Assembly: GCA_002269645.1 (NCBI GenBank)
Contig: NIVC01003561.1
Span: forward strand, 27,186 to 91,185
Reading direction: 5' to 3'
Length of the DNA stretch: 64,000 nt
Origin: Macrostomum lignano
Lineage: Eukaryota
A program made the position numbers and the translations under genes. This document shows, piece by piece, positions 59,140 to 64,000 of the stretch. Every line of letters begins with the position of its first letter. The first letter of the stretch is position 1. The notes under the pieces were generated by a model, which saw nothing but the letters and a program-made list of their open reading frames with translations, was not told the DNA's origin and made no database searches.

Positions 59140-62100
59140 TCACTGGTGACTGGTTATCCACGGGTTGGCAGTGTTTGGCTGCAGGACTTCACCGTCAATG
59201 CTGAATGCTGGCGAGTTGAAGTATGATGGGTCGGGCTCCGGCCGCCTTAACGAGCCGTCTTTTCCGTTTGTCAGGCTGGAAAATTCTGCCGGAGGATTTT
59301 CGTCCGGATAGAAATAGATCGGCGGCTGGAGCAGCTTCAGCTGGTGCTGCAAAATTTCAGGCGGTCGGTTTCGCTAGCATACAGAATGAATCATTAAGAC
59401 TGGTAAATATTGTTCAAAAGTATCACTTTTAAGGTTTTCTGCAAATCACAACATGACTTACATGCCGGTACCACCAGAACGCGCCGAGTGCGGCAGCAAC
59501 TAGGACAACGCCTAGAACGCAGAGAAGAGCAATGGCGTACGGTGGAAACACGTAGGGAGCCTCAGAGCTTGCTACGGTAGCCGTGCTCTCCGTTGTGGCC
59601 AGGGCTGACGCTGGCAGCGGGCCGATCGTGAGGTTCACGATGTTGGTACCGTAGCCAGGAATAATTGCCCTGAGCTGCTCCTCCAGATAAGAGTCCGAGT
59701 AGAATGAGTCATTGCGAACAGTCAGCTTCGCTGTCAGCTTTGTTCCATTGCCGTCTGGGCTGAAGGAGATGTCAAAGAAGTCGCTGACAATCGAGGTCAG
59801 ATTTGAGGCACTTCGAACAGCGTTCATCAGCAGGTAGTAGGACTCGCGGGCCAACGACATGAAGCCGGCAGAGTTGCCATCGCCCAGAGCAGTGTCGTAT
59901 GACTTTAGCGGGTAATTCCAGGTCAGCTGAACAGTTCGAGCGCTGACAAACACCGGATCCTGGCCGACAGGGCACGCGCAGTCCGTGGGCACCGCGCGTC
60001 GAGAGCGCGACAGCAGCAGGAAGAAACTGTCGGATTTGTCGAACAAGTCGGCGCTGCGTCGCCTCCGGGAAGTCGGGCAGTTGTAAGCCGAGAAATTGCC
60101 ACTGAGGCTCACCGTAAAGGAGTACGGTTGGCTGGCATCTCGAATTTTTTTCGGGATAAAAACGAGATAGCGGAAGTCGCCGAAGCGTTCGAATTGGGAT
60201 CGGCCGACGCAGTCTGTCGATCGGTTAACAGTGGCCAAGTATACTATTCGCTGAGTGAGTTCAGATGCAGTGAAACCGAATGTGCCTGCAGCCGAACTGT
60301 ACTCTAGCAGGTTGCATGTGGCACAGACGCTAGATACACAGATCTGAAAAATATGATTTTTGTGATGAGGACGCACTTTTTTGCCAAACTTCACGCTCGC
60401 ACATGGGCTCCAAACTTGCTAGTCTACTAACAACAGGCTATGGGCATTTTTTCTTCTCTTTATGTAATTTTCCTAGAATTCATACTATTTATATGATTTT
60501 GCCATACTTGTAGCTATAATAACATAGGTGCGGCTTTTGGGTCATAAATCATTGCTTTTGAGCTGGTCTGACAGCCACCTGCGCCTCACTCAATGCTGAG
60601 ACTGGCGCCAGATGGTCTGAGAGGATGCGGGCGGTAGCTCTTTTCTCATCATTTTGACAGGCCATCAAGATTTATGAGGTCAGGGCCTACTGTTCGTGTT
60701 TACTCAAGCGTGTGACAGCTTTGACAGCTATGCGTTTTACCCCTAAAAGTGCGTTGGGATTAGCTATTAGCGATTTGTCTTCATTATCATCTCTTTCTAC
60801 TTAATAATAGCTTTCTAATGTATATTTTTTCATTAATTTTTGTCATTTCTACGCGAAAGGTCATAAATCATTATGTAGCGATTTTGAGTGATTTATGACC
60901 GCACCTGTCGTATTTTTATGGTCCCGAGGGAACTGATAGGATCTTATGGTCACGTGACTTTGGGTGGCAACAAGCTCAGCCAATTAGAAAATTCGACATG
61001 CGTTATAACAAATCGGCTCAGCCAATCAGCGTCGAGGTGTTCCATTATAACAAATTGCGGTCCAGTTGGCGGCTATTTAAACCGGTGTTTTGGCCCGCTC
61101 GGACTCAACCTCCTGCTCCGCCTCCTGGGACTTTGGCCTTAGACCTCCCGGAGCTCGACCGTCGTCTCTTGATCCCCGAATCGCGACTCTCCCCATCATC
61201 ATCAAGGACGAATCCCCCGGTCGTCAGCAGCGAACATCAAGATTAAGAACATCACCTGCTAGCTATCAGCGAAGATTGTGACATCAGCATCATCCCGGGC
61301 CTACAGCTGCGAAGCACTAAGCCGATTCGGTCACTGTGGATTACCTGGTCTCCGGCTGTTGAGTTTCTGATTGGTTGGGTGAGAGGCTACCTAGACTTGC
61401 TTGATTGGGTGATTCCTTATCTGTCCCCTATTTCAGTAGCTGGATGCTCATTTTGTTCAGCAGTGCTGTTATTGAGGCAGAAACCATTCAATAATACTGT
61501 TAGTAGCCCGAAACTTCAATTCAATCTGAAGTGTGAAGTGATTTAAGGAGAAGGTTAAATCTGACGGTTATTTTTATCGGTTTTATTTCTTTGTTCGCCG
61601 ATGGCTCAGATGAATAGCTAAGCTAGTAGGCGCCGGTTACAGTGGACCAATGGCAAGGCAGTTCTCAGTCGATCAATCTATCAAATCAGTGAGCAAAATT
61701 GCCAATAGTGCAAGATCGGCGCTAGAGATGTACTTTATGCACTCTAGGTCCGACAAGCGGCTCGGGTAATGAATCATGCGGTCTCCGATGTTCGAGTTAG
61801 CCTATCATCAGCGCTACGAGAGGCTAGTTGGCGCGTTGAAGGCCAAAAGTACAATTCTTCGTATTTAGCTATGTAATAGTACATGGAGCTACCCCATAGT
61901 CTCGCCACTGCAAGAATCCCCTGCAAAAGTCCCCTCTGTACCTGCATGGCCAATGCAATCAAGTCCCAGCAGTGTCCCTTATAATCGGCTATGACTTCGA
62001 GATTGACAGCAAAAAGACACTAGTTGGCAGGTAAGTGCAAAACCCCTTCTAGTCGGAAGCCCGATTTCGAAAGTCCCGGTTTGGTGAGCCAAGACGCACG

Positions 62101-63948
62101 GGCTGGTGGCAGTGAGTTGGCTAATCTGCGGATTATCTCATTTCTACCTTCAAAATTCTCCCTGCTTGTCTCTCGCTGTCCCTCTCTTAGCTATAGGTCC
62201 TAGGCTACTCGCCACACGATCAAGCTACCATGGGGCTGACCATCTGACAGGAGTGCAAGGGGCCAGGACTCTAATTGATTTATTTCTGAGACCTGAGGCC
62301 CGAAGGCTTCCCGAAAGGGGCCGAAAAGGTCGAAACCCATCATTAGCAACTAATAAGAACGCTACGACCGAGGACTACAAAGATGAGTTGCAATCTAATC
62401 TTAGAAAATAAACTGTAAAATTCTTTCTCTAATTTACATAGCAGACAGAACGAAGGTCGTCCAAAAAGGTAAAACCCTAAATTTAGTCGGATTCCTATAG
62501 GCTTAATTCACCCCGTGTAGTCACTGAAAATTGTTTTATCACACACTGAGGTAAATATTTCTACAAGTACTTCCTAGCTATGTTTTTGTTAGAGTGAAGC
62601 GTTTTTCCAGGCGGTTCTCGCGAATTTCCTGATGCACATCGTCTTTGACGCTGACAGACGCACTTAAACAGCATGGTGACGCGGCGGAAATGATCAATCT
62701 GGGAAGACCAATTGGTCGGCCTTCACGATCGGCGACGAGCAAGTCACGAGTGCGGCAAGTCACGAGCGCGGCAAGTCACGAGTGCGGCACTGTATCAACG
62801 TGCCATCCTGATCCATCCAAGCGACCTGCTGCGCCATCGTTGACTTCAGCTGCAGGGCCTAGTGGCTACTTTAAGCTGTCGTAGTGGCCACAAGTAGTAC
62901 AGGAGGTGCTGACGCTGCAGGCCAACCTACCGGCCAGGACATCCGCGCACTCGGCATTTAGTCGAATGCCTGCTGGCTAACGCAGCCGCCCCGGATTCCG
63001 TCGGTGGCACATTCTAGCAAAAACTCTCTGACGCTACTCTTACTTTGTTAATCTAGAGCAGATACTGGAATAATAAATACTATAGTTATTCCATAGATAC
63101 TAGAATAACTAGATGGGTCACCCAAACATATATACTTGGCAAAACAGCTGTCTACTTTCACTTCAGTAGCAATGAAGAATACACAAGCTATTTTATACGA
63201 ATAAAGGCAGCGGATATGCCATTGATAAGTTTATAAGCCCAGCTTGCAGACGTAAACAGCTTGCTAATTGGTTCAGCCATAGTGTACATTAGCCACTGAG
63301 ATGCACAAGGCAGATTTAGGCTGGAACAACTGAGGAAGGTAATAAAAATTGGGTGGCGGGGCTGGGGCAGATGTTTTGTGAGGAGTTTGAGGGTTTAAGC
63401 TTGGGGTAATTGGCCTTGTCTTTAAAAATACATTAAAATGATTCAGCTTAACGAACTACTAATCTGAAAGTAGCTTACACGCAAATATGCTGAGTGGCTC
63501 ATCTAGTTATTCTAGTATCTGTGATCTAGAGACGCAGTGTTTATAATGGTAGCCAGCGAAAAAAATGCTAACCTGCTCAATGTAGGGCATCGAACGGCAC
63601 TTGTCACCAGTCGGCCCGATTAGCAAGTCGAAAACAACGATTGGCTCGGATGCAGATCCAACAGTGAACTGGTTTGTCGACGCATTGTACGTATAGGGTT
63701 CTGTTGAATTTCGGAATGCGTTGGTTCCGAATACATCGCTTAGCAGCGATGTGTTGGTCATCGTAGTAAAACCTGAAGAAAAAGTAAATCTTGTAGGTCT
63801 TTTTCCACTCAGATACCCAGCTGATACAGTAACTTACTTATCTAGATAGGTATTAATAGTATCAACTTACCTGGAGTTGTTGTTGGAGGTATTGTTGAAG
63901 TTTCAGTAGTGACTACAGTGCTAACTGTTGAAGTAATTGACGTCGTTT
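59140..63948 (-). CDS. 3' part of a type I membrane protein: Thr-rich mucin-like exon, Cys-containing region, two furin-type sites, SEA-like domain, TM, short tail (exons 63948-63871, 63772-63573, 60343-59462, about 59346-59140)
   Basis: Phase-consistent GT-AG junctions; SRRRRS and RSRR; SYDTALGDGNSAGFMSLARE...LMNAV resembles a SEA N-terminus; TM YAIALLCVLGVVLVAAALGAFWWY. The 5' end lies beyond the window. Confidence 0.75.
60525..60907. mobile_element. Possible Tc1-like MITE with GGTCATAAATCA repeats
   Basis: TAGGTGCGG...GGTCATAAATCA at left versus TGATTTATGACCGCACCTG at right; a third copy at about 60859. Confidence 0.45.
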
Positions 63949-64000
63949 CTGCACAGTGGTAACTCCAGGTAAAGTTGTGCCTCCCAAACCAGCAGTCGTG

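Noticed and set aside
61642-61660. Primer-binding site after GGTTACA
   Set aside because: TGGACCAATGG does not match a tRNA 3' end I recognise, and no gag/pol follows.
63949-64000. Frameshift in the mucin-like exon (Thr-rich reading switches frame)
   Set aside because: A phase-1 acceptor TGTGCAG| at 63949 explains it equally well; cannot be decided at the window edge.

Overview
Intron-rich eukaryotic (animal) genomic DNA. GC-rich exons, introns filled with tandem repeats and unpaired splice acceptors just upstream of start codons suggest a free-living flatworm such as Macrostomum (inference only). Minus strand: one large low-complexity exon of an unknown gene (2.0-3.1 kb); a complete 19-exon plexin that I assembled by hand into one in-phase ORF of about 2,208 aa (30835 to 6966); an intronless gene joining an hnRNP C/RALY-type RRM to BCL11/ZFP64-type zinc fingers (32.7-34.1 kb); and the 3' part of a mucin-like/SEA-like transmembrane protein gene (59.1-64 kb). 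Plus strand: a tight cluster of RPL17, an unknown gene, a TK2/deoxynucleoside kinase and a second unknown 5-exon gene (43.5-55.0 kb). Mobile DNA: piggyBac and mariner transposase relics, a truncated Helitron with intact ends, a solo LTR, a Mutator-like TIR element, several MITEs and tRNA-derived SINEs. Most unusual signals: (1) a roughly 6-kb AT-rich island (35.1-41.3 kb) that is almost free of CpG, in which transposase relics show one-way C-to-T/G-to-A hypermutation resembling fungal RIP, with a boundary running through the piggyBac gene; (2) the RRM + BCL11-type finger chimera; (3) a tandem array in 17 of 18 plexin introns, mostly with different units. No database searches were run; family calls rest on motif recognition and coordinates were counted by hand.
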